Shown here in pieces: positions 28,101 to 38,500 of a stretch of DNA of 64,000 nucleotides. Below the pieces are notes generated by a model. That model did not search any database. It was not told the DNA's origin and worked only from the letters and a program-made list of their open reading frames with translations. The translations under genes were made by a program, and so were the position numbers. The stretch is from Iphione sp. A-MEVVRFRX5 (taxonomy: Eukaryota). The DNA is taken from contig OZ320318.1 in the NCBI GenBank assembly GCA_976226885.1, forward strand, positions 55,118,001 to 55,182,000, given 5' to 3'. Numbering within the stretch: the first letter of the stretch is position 1; the number at the start of each line of letters is the position of its first letter.

Positions 28101-30327
28101 ACCCTTACTACCGCCTTGTTGTGAGTCGTGTGCAGCATCGCTGTCGATGGATGACTACATGTAGGGGTAAATGCACCAACCGTAACTTGAAGAACCCCTG
28201 AAAATTACACCTGATATGACCGCTGGTGCAAGAAAATGTTACTACTGTTTTTTTATTACGAAAAAATCTAATTCTATGCGAACTGACCACTTGTAGCGAC
28301 CATTCCTGTAAGGGCTCTGATGTTGAGACTTTATATGGGCAGTTCATATCCCCATGGAATTTTCACAATTGCTTTTCTACTTAATCTGGTAAATATATGG
28401 TTGGCGATAAATTTCCAACGTTGACCAATGGATGCTCATAATTGCGTTATCGATCGCGCGCCAGTCTATCGTGGTTGAGCGACCGGCCAACTGAGTATTC
28501 GCTGTTACTACACGTATTGCATTAAAAAGGCAATGTTTTTATAGGGTATTTACAGAGAGACCTTTTCGTCAGATGGTCCGAGTCACTCCCTTGTGCAATG
28601 AGAAAAGGGAAAAGATGATGTTAAACGAATCAAAATTCCAATTTTCTCTAAACAATATAGGTTACTCGCTGAGGATCAATCAACATGGGTTAAGTGACAG
28701 TTGGCGCTAACCCCAGTTCAACCTTGGGTGAGGGTAGGTCGAGTCAGGCTACCCACTGAGTGCGTCCGGCCCAGCAGCAGTTAATTCTACCTTCTTCACA
28801 AAGGCTAGTCAGCTACCGTATTAAGGGGTTCATCAAATGATGTCGGCTTGGCAATCACTGAGATGAAATTGATTGCTATGAGTTACAAGATGAAAATGAG
28901 TATACGTTTGATAAATTAGATTCTTCCAAAATGTGCATTTCCGTTCGCATCTGTATAAAATACATGTACATGTATTCATTATTATTTCTTGAATAAAACG
29001 GAAGTTAATTGATGTGAAACGACAGAAAATCGGAACAAAATCCACAATAGAACACGCGACCAGTTCCTTGGAGTTCCTGTGATCAAGAGTTAAACTATCG
29101 TCGGTGAATTTCCATGGTGATCGGGTAATAAATAAATCAGTAGAGAGAGAACTAGCCGGCAGAAAGTCGCGTCGGCGGGAAAATGCTCCAGGCCCGTTAT
29201 TCCGGCAAGCGTATCGATCAGCTAGATTTTAACTTTGTTTTAGACATCGGTCATCGGTGGCTCGTAAAAACAAGAGTTATGTTCAGGGACAAAGCTTCCC
29301 CGTGTAAGGTATTGTTCCCGACAATATACTTATATTGTTCCTGTTACAAACTGTTTTGCATACATATTTATTGCACTGGCAATCATTTAGTTATTTCTAT
29401 GAAAAATAAGTGAATAACTCACATCTTCAAATTGTACTTCATATTAATAAAATGAAAAACTCATGTTTGAATTCATCTTTTCATACATTTCTCTATTATA
29501 TAAAGTGCATTCTCAAAGATTTACTATGCCTCATGGATTTCCTGAAGCCAGCAGAATTCCTAGCGCAAGTCTACAATTTACCTGCGTTGTAAGAGCAATT
29601 TTTAGAGCCGAAAGTCAAATGTTCCTTGTTCTACTTCTAAGCAAATCATACAGATTAAGTTGTTGTAAATTCTTATACCCCACAGTGAATATTTTCTATG
29701 GATTCTACTTAAGCAATTGCGAACAGCATAGCTCACCTCAGCTTCTCCATCTCCTTGACGCTCCTGAAGGTCTCCCTGGGGGTCAAGGTCATCTTTTGTA
29801 GAACGCTCCAGATCAAAGTCATCTGGTAGATTACCGGTACTTCCGTTAGCCACTAACGGAGACTCAAGAAACGTCTGCATGGCTAGGGTCTCTTTGACAT
29901 TTCCGTTCCGCTGCGCATGCCCAGAGTGTTGGCTCCTGGCGAGCTGGTTCATGGCCATGGCAGATGGAAACTTAGACACTCTCCAGGGAGGCTCTCCCGG
30001 AGGCTTACAGTTGCCGTCGACTATTCTGACGTCATACCTGGCCTCACAGTCTGAGCCCCACATGGGCGTGATATAGGGATTATCCCGTGTTTGGTTCTTT
30101 CCGTAATTCCTGATGTGAAGATTTCTTGATGGGTCTCGCGACTGGTCCTTCGATTGGCCCTTGCTGCTGGGGTTGACCTTCGGATTGACCTTGGTGACAG
30201 AGTTGGGGTGTCCCCTGATGATGATACCCGCGGTGGCGCCGAGACAGTTTTGAGTCCTGTCATTGGAACTGCCCTGCACCCTGGCGACAGCCCCATCAGG
30301 CTGGCCAGACTTTTCAGTGAACACCAT
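1721..30327 (-). CDS. Multi-exon type II membrane mosaic protein (TM-SEA-mucin-FZ-7xSRCR-FZ-FZ...), corin/TTSP-like stem, 3' end outside the window
   Basis: Hand-spliced exons, all GT-AG with matching phases: 30327-29737, 24838-24721, 22793-22681, 22357-22287, 22130-21958, 19327-19028, 18099-17848, 17629-17525, 16357-16207, 14575-14397, 14004-13854, 13549-13362, 12089-12012, 11589-11436, 10523-10372, 9443-9302, 8607-8423, 8067-7920, 7752-7568, 7307-7236, 6908-6764, 6242-6055, 5310-5163, 4668-4490, 3423-3186, 2418-2261, 1937-1721. Total 4781 nt, open throughout. No protease domain seen in the window. Confidence 0.85.
2261..3423 (-). CDS. Frizzled cysteine-rich domain 2 (exons 3423-3186, 2418-2261)
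   Basis: [29 protein letters not shown]...[18 protein letters not shown] / [34 protein letters not shown]. Confidence 0.9.
2951..2990 (+). ncRNA. Degenerate minimal type I hammerhead ribozyme (Penelope-like element relic)
   Basis: GCTC-CTGAAGA-A-GGTAGT cta ACTATC-C-GGAAC-GTT-GAGC: stem I GCTC/GAGC, CUGANGA box, stem II, GAAA box mutated to GGAA, palindromic AACGTT stem III. AATAAA follows at about 3003. Confidence 0.5.
4490..5310 (-). CDS. SRCR domain 7 (exons 5310-5163, 4668-4490)
   Basis: [44 protein letters not shown] / [45 protein letters not shown]. Confidence 0.92.
6055..6908 (-). CDS. SRCR domain 6 (exons 6908-6764, 6242-6055)
   Basis: [44 protein letters not shown] / [39 protein letters not shown]. 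Confidence 0.9.
7568..8067 (-). CDS. SRCR domain 5 (exons 8067-7920, 7752-7568), followed by Thr-rich linker exon 7307-7236
   Basis: Hand translation: [42 protein letters not shown] / [41 protein letters not shown]. Donors are GTAAGT and GTAAGC. Confidence 0.9.
8423..9443 (-). CDS. SRCR domain 4 (exons 9443-9302, 8607-8423)
   Basis: [43 protein letters not shown] / [21 protein letters not shown]...[12 protein letters not shown]. Confidence 0.9.
10372..11589 (-). CDS. Divergent SRCR domain 3 (exons 11589-11436, 10523-10372), preceded by S/T linker exon 12089-12012
   Basis: [44 protein letters not shown] / ...[30 protein letters not shown]. Same exon phases as the other SRCRs. The donor at 11435 (GTTCGT) is weak. 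Confidence 0.7.
12400..12520 (+). mobile_element. 3' end of a non-LTR retroposon (LINE/SINE) with (ATTCT)n tail; 5' boundary approximate
   Basis: Hairpin CGTCCG-TGTT-CGGACG, then AATAAAA followed by ATTATTCTATTCTATTTCTATTCTA. Confidence 0.35.
13362..14004 (-). CDS. SRCR domain 2 (exons 14004-13854, 13549-13362)
   Basis: [43 protein letters not shown] / [38 protein letters not shown]. Confidence 0.9.
14397..16357 (-). CDS. SRCR domain 1 (exons 16357-16207, 14575-14397)
   Basis: [44 protein letters not shown] / [24 protein letters not shown]...[11 protein letters not shown]. The first half is not in the ORF track; I translated it by hand. Confidence 0.9.
17525..18099 (-). CDS. Frizzled cysteine-rich domain 1 (exons 18099-17848, 17629-17525)
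   Basis: [31 protein letters not shown]...[17 protein letters not shown]...RPCRELCL / SVFRKC...DCNALP...C matches the Fz-CRD Cys spacing. Confidence 0.85.
19028..19327 (-). CDS. Ser/Thr-rich mucin-like stalk exon containing a (GTC)14 coding microsatellite
   Basis: AVLQPSDT...[26 protein letters not shown]...PTTP. Phase 1-1 exon of 300 nt with GTAAGT donor. Confidence 0.8.
21958..22793 (-). CDS. SEA domain (3 exons: 22793-22681, 22357-22287, 22130-21958)
   Basis: [31 protein letters not shown] / LDNIFQND...CVISGYE / [12 protein letters not shown] contains the characteristic SEA 'Y...L.D..S..Y' and GSV motifs. Confidence 0.8.
23490..23612. repeat. 61-bp tandem duplication (2 identical copies)
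   Basis: TGGGTACATGCGATTCGCCACGAAGGGACAGTGCACCGTCCAGAGAACACCACAGGAAAAT starts at 23490 and 23551. Confidence 0.9.
24721..24838 (-). CDS. Signal-anchor transmembrane exon
   Basis: [39 protein letters not shown]: a basic/Cys juxtamembrane segment precedes a hydrophobic helix (type II topology). Acceptor ttctttgcAG, donor GTATGT. Confidence 0.85.
29737..30327 (-). CDS. Probable first coding exon: 197-aa hydrophilic cytoplasmic N-terminus
   Basis: ATG in strong Kozak context (GCCATGG), 197 open codons (MVFTEKSGQ...GDGEAE), phase-0 GTGAGC donor matching the phase-0 acceptor of the TM exon. An AG acceptor lies 2 nt upstream of the ATG, so 5' exons probably exist. Confidence 0.7.
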
Positions 30328-33300
30328 GGCTAGGTGGCAACGATTTGCCTCAACCTACACGCATTTACAGGCTCGTGAGCTCTCAGCGTGATTGAGCTTT
30401 GCTGCGATGCCTTGGTTCCTGCTCGCCATCATGCCATGTGAAGGGGTGGCACACTAACTGCACCCTGCGGTGAGCAGGCAGCCCTCCCTAGGAGCACCAC
30501 AATCCAGCATTTAATGATCCCTCACTAGTCTACGGTAGCGTCAGGGGAGCCGATGCTGGCGCCTCCTGTCAGCTAACGGTGTTACGATCGCCTGAAGTTT
30601 TTCTATACTGTCCGGCACGCTACCAGTCCTCGTAAGAGGACTGCATACTTCCGATGGTGGCTGGGTAATGTAGGCATGAATGGTCGGTGACGTGTAGCAG
30701 TTCTCGATGTAACCGCAGAGTGTACCAGTTCGGGCTAAAAAGTTTCATCTTCCAGCACAAACCTGTGTGACACTATAACTTAGCATGCATATCCTAGTTC
30801 AGCATTATAAATCAGTGCTGGTCTCGCAGAATGTAACAAAAATCCCTACTGCATGTCATTCGTGCTTTCATCCTGAACCCGTTTCCAAATTCGCAAAGTC
30901 ACGTTAAATCACTTTAGCGAAGCGTACATTCCCCCTGTGATAGCGTAGTCTCCTTCCGTGTGTACTATAGTGTCTCTACCACTCTACCGTGCTGGAAATG
31001 TAGAAGCTAGGTTAAAAGGATCACAATTTCAGCGACTCAAACAAGACATATGCATGGCTGGGTATAAACAGCGTCCTTATCTAGAACCGAGTTGAATAAA
31101 TATCTTCCCATGTTCTCCTAACAGTCGAGATAAAAAGAACAGCAGCCAGACTAGACAGATGGAGTAAAATACCTTTATGAGTTTCCGCTTCAGTAAACTT
31201 GAAAAGATGTAACCGTAGAAAAGATACGGTTTGGACTCGGCCCAATAACAATATATCAGGGGCGAGGATGACACTGAGGGCAGCACGTTGTCGATTGTGG
31301 CACACCTGGTGAGAGGTAACTTTAAAACGCCCACATGCAAACCTTTCTTCCCAGACACTAATATACAGTTATGCGATCGCGTCTATACGAAAAGCGACGC
31401 CCGACACAAGGCATATCCGGGAAATAAAAGTAATTCAAGCTTTTAAAATCATCAACATGGAATATTATGTTTCTTTCTGTCAATGTTGTCGAATCACCCC
31501 TCTCCCCTGATATTCATAATAAGTGGAAGACAGAAGAGCGTACATGTAAAATAAGAAAGGCCCTATTGAATAGGGAACTACATACATGTACTCTCAATAA
31601 CACACGAACAGATTACCGAGCATTCCTTGACCTAGGCTAACCTAGTAAGCGGAAAAAACTGAGCCAAGAACACCGTCCATCCTGATATTGATGGCGTAAC
31701 TCGTTCGCAAGCTTTTGATGTTCATTGTCATATTAACCAGGCATTGATCTTGTGAACAAAGCTGCAATTAAAGGCCTGGCTGTTATTGATTACCTACAGA
31801 TCATAGTCGGACCAGAAAGGAATATACGTACACGCAAGTGATGCGCAAATGTCCTTCATTGCCTTCTGCTATAAATATATATTCACCATTTCACGTTTTA
31901 TCCTAAGGTTTCCAATGACCAGACTTGTACTGTATGGAGCATAATGATAACTATTTATATATTTTATCATCTGAAACAATCTCCTGTAACGGACCATTTC
32001 GGATTAATCATGATTAACGCTCGTCTATAGGCTTAGAGAAATACTAGGTCACCTCTCCTGTTTAGTATAAGTATTTGATCTCGCTGGGTACCAATCTATG
32101 CAATATTTACCGTAAAGGCATGTATCTTTTATACCTTAGTCAACCTACCTCAATACCTCAATACCTCAGTCAACCTATCTCAATACACAAAGAACGACTA
32201 GAAAAATACAGACTGACCTTGATTTGGCTAAAGAATTTCAAAGGAACGTATTGAACGTTTGGGGAACAACTGTCCGTTTGTTTGGGCAGGGACGCCAACA
32301 TAAACTCGAATAAATAAAACCAACTCATAGCCACATATCGCATTTCTTCTCTGCGAATAGTCTGGGTTTAAGGATTGTATCACATGCAATAAGTCTGTAA
32401 AAGACCGTGGGATATGTTTATGTCACCCGTTCCATTTGTAACCATCAATCCGTAAACCAGTTGCAAAACGTCTGTACAAAGTCTAACATCGCAAACACAC
32501 TGCTCTTCCTACCTTGGCTAGGGGCTATTCAAAAGGGGCTATAGCAAAAGCTTGATCTTCCCTACACCTGACCGAACGCACCTTGCTGGGACTGCTCCCA
32601 GGGGCGCTTTGACATATCAACTGGACAGATGACTGCAATTTACGTACCAATTTACCATAAACACAACAGATCAGAAGCTACGACAGTAAGTGTTTGACCC
32701 ACTGCTTAGCACTAAAGTCATCCCATGTTTTGAACGCGGTAATCCAGAGTAGAACCCCGGTGAGAGTTGATATCAAAAAGACTAGCAAAATAAATCAATT
32801 CGGGCTATTAAGGAAGGGAATGAATTCTAATACTAAATATAAAATGCATGTAGGGTGCTGACGACTTATCGGTCTTGGTCTGCACATCAGACTTGCTTAG
32901 ATTGAGAGGGGTGGCTACTAAAGTGATAGATAATGTGTCTACATGGTTCCCTAATGAGAGATTGCTTTTGAGTGTGGTGAAATGTGTCTACCTGCCAACT
33001 GGAAAGGCAGCAGACATCCCTATTGACCTGTAGGCCCACGACAAGGCGCTCTTGAGGGAAACCAGCACCAAGTTACAGGGGTACACAACTGATGGAAAAC
33101 TCAGGTTGGGAGATAACATGAGGGCGGTGAAGAGGATGACCTGGGCCTCTACCGATTGATTAGATAGGGTGAAGTCGTACTTAACACTCGTGGTACAGTT
33201 AAAGCTGTTCGGCTCTCTAGTGTTGCCAAATGTGTACTATCATGCTGCTCTGCTGTATGGACTATCTGCATCCCGTGGGTTCAGCATGCAAGTCCACATG

Positions 33301-33460
33301 AACAGATGTGTAAGGATTGCATTCAAATCTGTCATTGTTCTATCAGGCCAGAGGCTTCAAAGGAAACTACATATCCCAGAATAGAGGTGGTGATCCTCTG
33401 GAATGGTGACGGGGCATTGGGCAGGGAATAATAGGTCAAATACATGTTTGTGGGAGAGCT

Positions 33461-33614
33461 ATGGGATCATCTTACGAATCATTCTACTAATAAAATTTCC
33501 AATAGATACAACTGACGTACAACGGATGACATGGGGGATGGGATCATATTACGAATCATTCTACTAATAAAATTTCAAATAGATACAACTGACGTACAAC
33601 GGATGACATGGGGG
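33461..33614. repeat. 77-bp tandem duplication
   Basis: ATGGGATCAT(C/A)TTACGAATCATTCTACTAATAAAATTTC...GGATGACATGGGGG starts at 33461 and 33538. Confidence 0.85.
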
Positions 33615-33790
33615 AAACATGGTTGGGTTGGTGGCTGGTATGCAGCTGTTCCTCAGTCGTGGTGATATACTGGTGATACTGATAAACAATTAGGTCACGG
33701 CAGCTTCCTAGTATTCCGTAGGGATTTCAAAAATATTTGTTGCTTCATAAGTACTGTTTTATCAAGCCTGTGGCTAGCATTAAGCATTAA

Positions 33791-35071
33791 GGCCCGGTAC
33801 CCATGCATCAATATCAATATTGCTGTGCCAATGGCGTTTCATCTACGCTAAGAAAGATTGAGAAGGGTGTACCCCAAGGCTCAACCCTTGGTCCATTGTT
33901 ATTCTCTGTTTTTATAAATGACATGCCAGCAGTTGTAAATGAAGACATCACCCTGTTTGCGGACGATACCTTAATCTTAGTGAATGATAAATGTCCGGTT
34001 AAACTGCAGCAAAAATCTCAAACATCTATGGAGAAATTGACTAATTGGTGCAACAATAACAAATTAGTCATGAATATCGCCAAAACAAAAATTCTGCCTG
34101 TATATTGTAACAATGCTGAACCTAATCAGGGTATCTTTATTGGCTCAGAGGAAATTGAATATGTTTCTGAATACACATACCTGGGAATAATTTTAGACAA
34201 GTCAATGAAATTTAAATCTGAAATTGATAAAGTAATTAAGAAGGTACTTCAGAAGGTAAGCTTATTGTACAGGTTAAAACCTTATTTGAATGTATCAGAT
34301 ATGATAAGAGTATATAAAGGATTCATTCAGCCACATGTTGATTATTCAACGGCTATGTTGAACTGTTGTAGTAAAAAGGATCTCAACAGGTTGAACAAAT
34401 TACAAGACAGAGCTTTAGCCATAATATATACAAACTCCCCCACCTACAAACGATCCAAAGTAATGCTATCCAGTCATGATCTGCATATTGCCCTCAACTG
34501 CATGAAGATTACTGATAGAAGAAAAATGTTCACTGTCTGTATTATTCACTGTCTACATCTTCATGGTCTGTTACCGAAGCAAAAACCCACCTCTACAAGA
34601 CAACATGATGCCACAACTCTACTTGTCACCAAACCAAAAACTGAACTTGTAAAAAACTCTATTCATTACCATGGTTTAAACCTATGGAACGGTCTTGACC
34701 CAATGATTAGAGAAATTGAATCAATGGACATATTCAGAGTACTGACCAGATTTACTAAATAATCATTAACATTCAATCATTGCTTCAATAATTGCTTTTC
34801 TCTTCTCTGTCCAATTTGAAAAACACAAAAATTCTGTATTCCATTGTATCTGTGATATGTATGTATATAGATGTATGCATCCATTCTACAATAACGTCTC
34901 AAAGAGGCGAAGTACGGATGAAATAAATTACTTCTTATCTTATCTTATCTTATCTTTATCCGGAGATTTTTTCCACACTGTCGGTAGTCCAGAAAAATAC
35001 GCTGTTTTCCGGACATGCACGGACACCCAGTTTCCATGCACCCAGACTTGATTCTCCCTTTCTCCCTGTCT

Positions 35072-35119
<48 letters not shown>

Positions 35120-35328
35120 TACTGTGTCCGTGCTCCAGAAAAACTGTAAATTTATGGACAGTGCTCGTTTTCGGGCTCTGGATTTTTTTTCCGTACCACG
35201 GACTGCGTGGTGCGGAAATAAAATCCGGACACCTGGATCACCCTCTGTTAAAATCAGTGAGTTCGTTTTTTCCTGGACCATGGACTGTGTGGTATGGAAA
35301 AGAAATCCAGACACAAGGAAACCGGGCC
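33791..35328. mobile_element. PIF/Harbinger-like MITE interrupted by the LINE fragment
   Basis: Left end GGCCCGGTACCCATGCA (33791, preceded by TAA) and right end GGAAACCGGGCC (35328, followed by TTA). Subterminal similarity to the 508-1163 element; internal CT microsatellite at about 35077-35117. Confidence 0.5.
33803..34959 (+). mobile_element. 5'-truncated non-LTR retrotransposon (CR1/L2-group LINE): C-terminal RT ORF, 3' UTR and (CTTAT)n tail
   Basis: ORF 33803-34762 has GVPQGSTLGPLLFSVFINDM, LFADDT and YTYLGIILD motifs and the 'KKV..KV.LLYRLKPYL...YKGFIQPHVDY' thumb region. AATAAA at 34922, (CTTAT)4 at 34934-34953. Confidence 0.88.
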
Positions 35329-38300
35329 TTAGTCATGTGGGGCTAGGGCCTTCTGGGTAAATGTGAAAATAGCAGAGATCGTTGAATAAGCTTTGAATGA
35401 TAACCATCGTCAGTAACAAAGATGCTGTTGTGACAGTACGACCTGGAGTTGATCTATAACTCAGTCGTACCTTGCGAGTTATTGGATGAAGGGCGTGTAC
35501 TTTAAACATGTGGAAGGATAATAAAGTTGATAACCACTCAAACTAAGTAGCTGGCTGAAATCCTGGGACGGCTGGTGTGACTTAACATAATATCAATCTG
35601 TGACAATAGGGCAGGTGCTTCATGAAGACTGCCAGTTCATTCTGAATATAGGTCAGCGAATTGGGAGTAAAAGATTAAACAGGATAAAAGACTGCAGAAA
35701 CAATAAGCAAGTATGTATATGATAAAAGAACAGTATTGTGAAGACAAATGCACGTTCATGCTAAATAATATGCCTGACAGAAATAAACTGCACTTTAGCT
35801 AGAGTCCGTGTCATAGTAAGCCTGAAAACTAATAAAGGTACGCAAACGTTGGCTACAAGCTATAAAGACGTCAACCGGATTTGAGCTAGCAAATTACTTG
35901 TTCTTAACAATGCTAACAACCCAGGTATAATGTTAACGACTGATGTACTAAAGTGTTAGCTAATATAAGTTCAAGAATGAATGTAACATTTGTCTGGAGT
36001 TTCTCTTGCCCAATATACCTATGACTTCAAGAATGACCCTGCTTCAGCTATCATAATGCATGCCGCTTGAATTTATTAATTGGTACGACTCAATTTGGAA
36101 TTAATGTACAATCGTCTCACGCAATATCTTTCTGACTCTTAGTTAGTGTGACCCTGTAATTGGTCGAGTAGCCAATATATATATATACATATATATGGTA
36201 CTTGCCACCAGAACGTGACTTGTTCATACTACTATTTTTATTCTACATCCGCCAACGTACAGGACAGAGAAAACATTCAACACTTAACCTGTGTTTTTGT
36301 TCTGTATCTTTTTCAAGCAATGGGTCCATGGAATTTGTGAGAAATAAGTAAAATATATCCACCTACCCTTGTTCAGAATAAAGTGCACCTCGTCATTTGT
36401 TACTCAGTGTAAATGCGTCTGTAGCTAGATTCATCTATAATCCTGACGAGATATGCCAACAACGTGTACCATATCGACACTAGCACCACTAGGCCCCTTG
36501 AATGACGTGACTGAAACTATCAATAGGTGAAAGCCACTCCTATAGGGTCCCCGAAAAAGTGATCAGAAAAACAAAATACCACCTAGACAGAGACCCCTGC
36601 TCAGTACATGGACAGAACGGGGTCGATTGGAAGATTTTAGAGACGAAATTGTCGGAGAAAATTGGAGTATGGTGCAAAGGGACAGGCGCTGCTTTGTGAC
36701 CCAGTGGCCTCGACGTTGAACGGGCAGCGGGAACAGGCAGGCAGTAGCAAGACAAAATACAGCACTACGAAGACTGGGGACAATGACCAATACATACAAC
36801 CAGCACCTGGCTTAAGGTAGTTTAGCTGTGTTCAAAACACGCGGCTGGAAATCTGGTGCTCTTCATGCAAACATGATGCCTCACAGTGTATGGTAAAGAA
36901 CGATTTGTCGTAGCTCTTGGGTTGTATCTAGAACCTTTCGGTATGCCGAGGCAAGGTGAACAAAAAATACTGCATCCAGAACCTGTTTGTGATATGGCAG
37001 TTGGGCTGCGGACAGAGTAAACATTTACCTTATAAGATAATGAAAGATATTGTCAAATCCACCGGCAGTTGATGACTGGTGCTCCGTCCTCATACCTTTA
37101 ATTATCCCTCTTTCCACACTTTAAGAGACGGTTACCAGAATAATTGGGAAGCCACGTTTACGAAAAGAAGAGCCTTGGTACAATTTTCCTTTGAATTTCC
37201 AATGTATCAATTTATAAATACAAGGTGGAAATCCCAAGTTAATATGCCCAGTGATAACGCTACACATGAATGCAGAGTGTACATATACTGCAGGTTTACA
37301 CACACTGCAGGTTTCTATCTCTAAGATGAAAACAATGGGCCACAAAAGCAAGTGTATCATTTCTTGAGAACCAGCTTGCAGGAAAGCGTTGACCTTGTAA
37401 ATACGATTACAAAGCTTTCGGGAGCATATCCAAAATTATTCTAACAATTACAGTACGGTGCAGAAAACTTCCTTTATAGTGGGAGAAAGAAGTAACACAT
37501 GTTGCCTTGAATCAAGATAACATGTGCCTTTACCCTACACGTGCTATCGTGTAGAAAAGAGGGGGTCATATGTCATCGTGATATGATATGGATTCAGCAA
37601 GGGTGTTTCGGTGCAAGCACATTATTTGTGTATTATTATAGAAGAAAACTACACAAATGAGACAATTGTCGAGACCTTTTATGAAATGATTTAAAGCAGC
37701 CTTAGTGGTCGGTCCGCCATGCATACGACCTGTGACTGTTTTACGCTCCAATTGTCCCGCAGGATACTCATTGCTCTGCTAATGACAGTAGTGGCCGTTC
37801 GAGCACAAGGTTGTCGAGGGGTAAGTGGCTGTAAGGCCGGTTGGCAGCCGGCTATGGTTCGAAATCAGGGGCCAAGCAAGTCGAGTATGATAGTGAGGCT
37901 GTATAGCGTAGATATTTACAAGTGAAGCATGACATGTGGCACACAAAAGCCTACATAGGTTGTACCACTGGGATCAAAGTTGCAAATGGGCTCACGCAGA
38001 CTCTCACATGATTACAACAACGGACTACAAAATTCAGTCTATTCAACTATCATCCTTAAGAAAGATCTTACCTATCCAGCCTATGTTCATAACAACCCTA
38101 ATGATAACCACCTTTCCAGACCTTAAGTTTGTAGTTCCCCTCGTATGTCCAAGTGTTAAGTGCCAAATGAATCCAACCAAAAGGAGTCCTTCTCCCTCTT
38201 TGGTAAATCCCCTGCCGGTGTTCGTTATTTTCAGGTTAGAGGTAATTTGGATATCCCCTTACTCCATGTTTCTCCATGTTGTCATGACAAGTTCGCTTCT

Positions 38301-38431
38301 CTGTTGTAAATGAACTCCTCACATTAAACGCCTTTCCTTCCTGCTTTCCATTAACAGTGTTGATGTTTATCTTCGTGTGTTAACGCTCGTGTAAGAACTG
38401 CGCACATTTAGCGACGCTGCTCCTCACTTAC

Positions 38432-38500
38432 TGTTCCCTTGAAGCAACTTGGGACTTGTGCTTGATGCTGCTACTACTACGTTCCTCGTTGGCCATGCAC
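38432..38500 (-). other. Candidate 69-nt upstream exon of the mosaic gene
   Basis: Strong acceptor ccccttcccacctgtcccAG and perfect GTAAGT donor. Two of the three frames are open. Confidence 0.3.

Noticed and set aside
30624-30643. Hairpin CAGTCCTC-GTAA-GAGGACTG as hammerhead stem II
   Set aside because: The flanking CUGANGA and GAAA boxes are absent.
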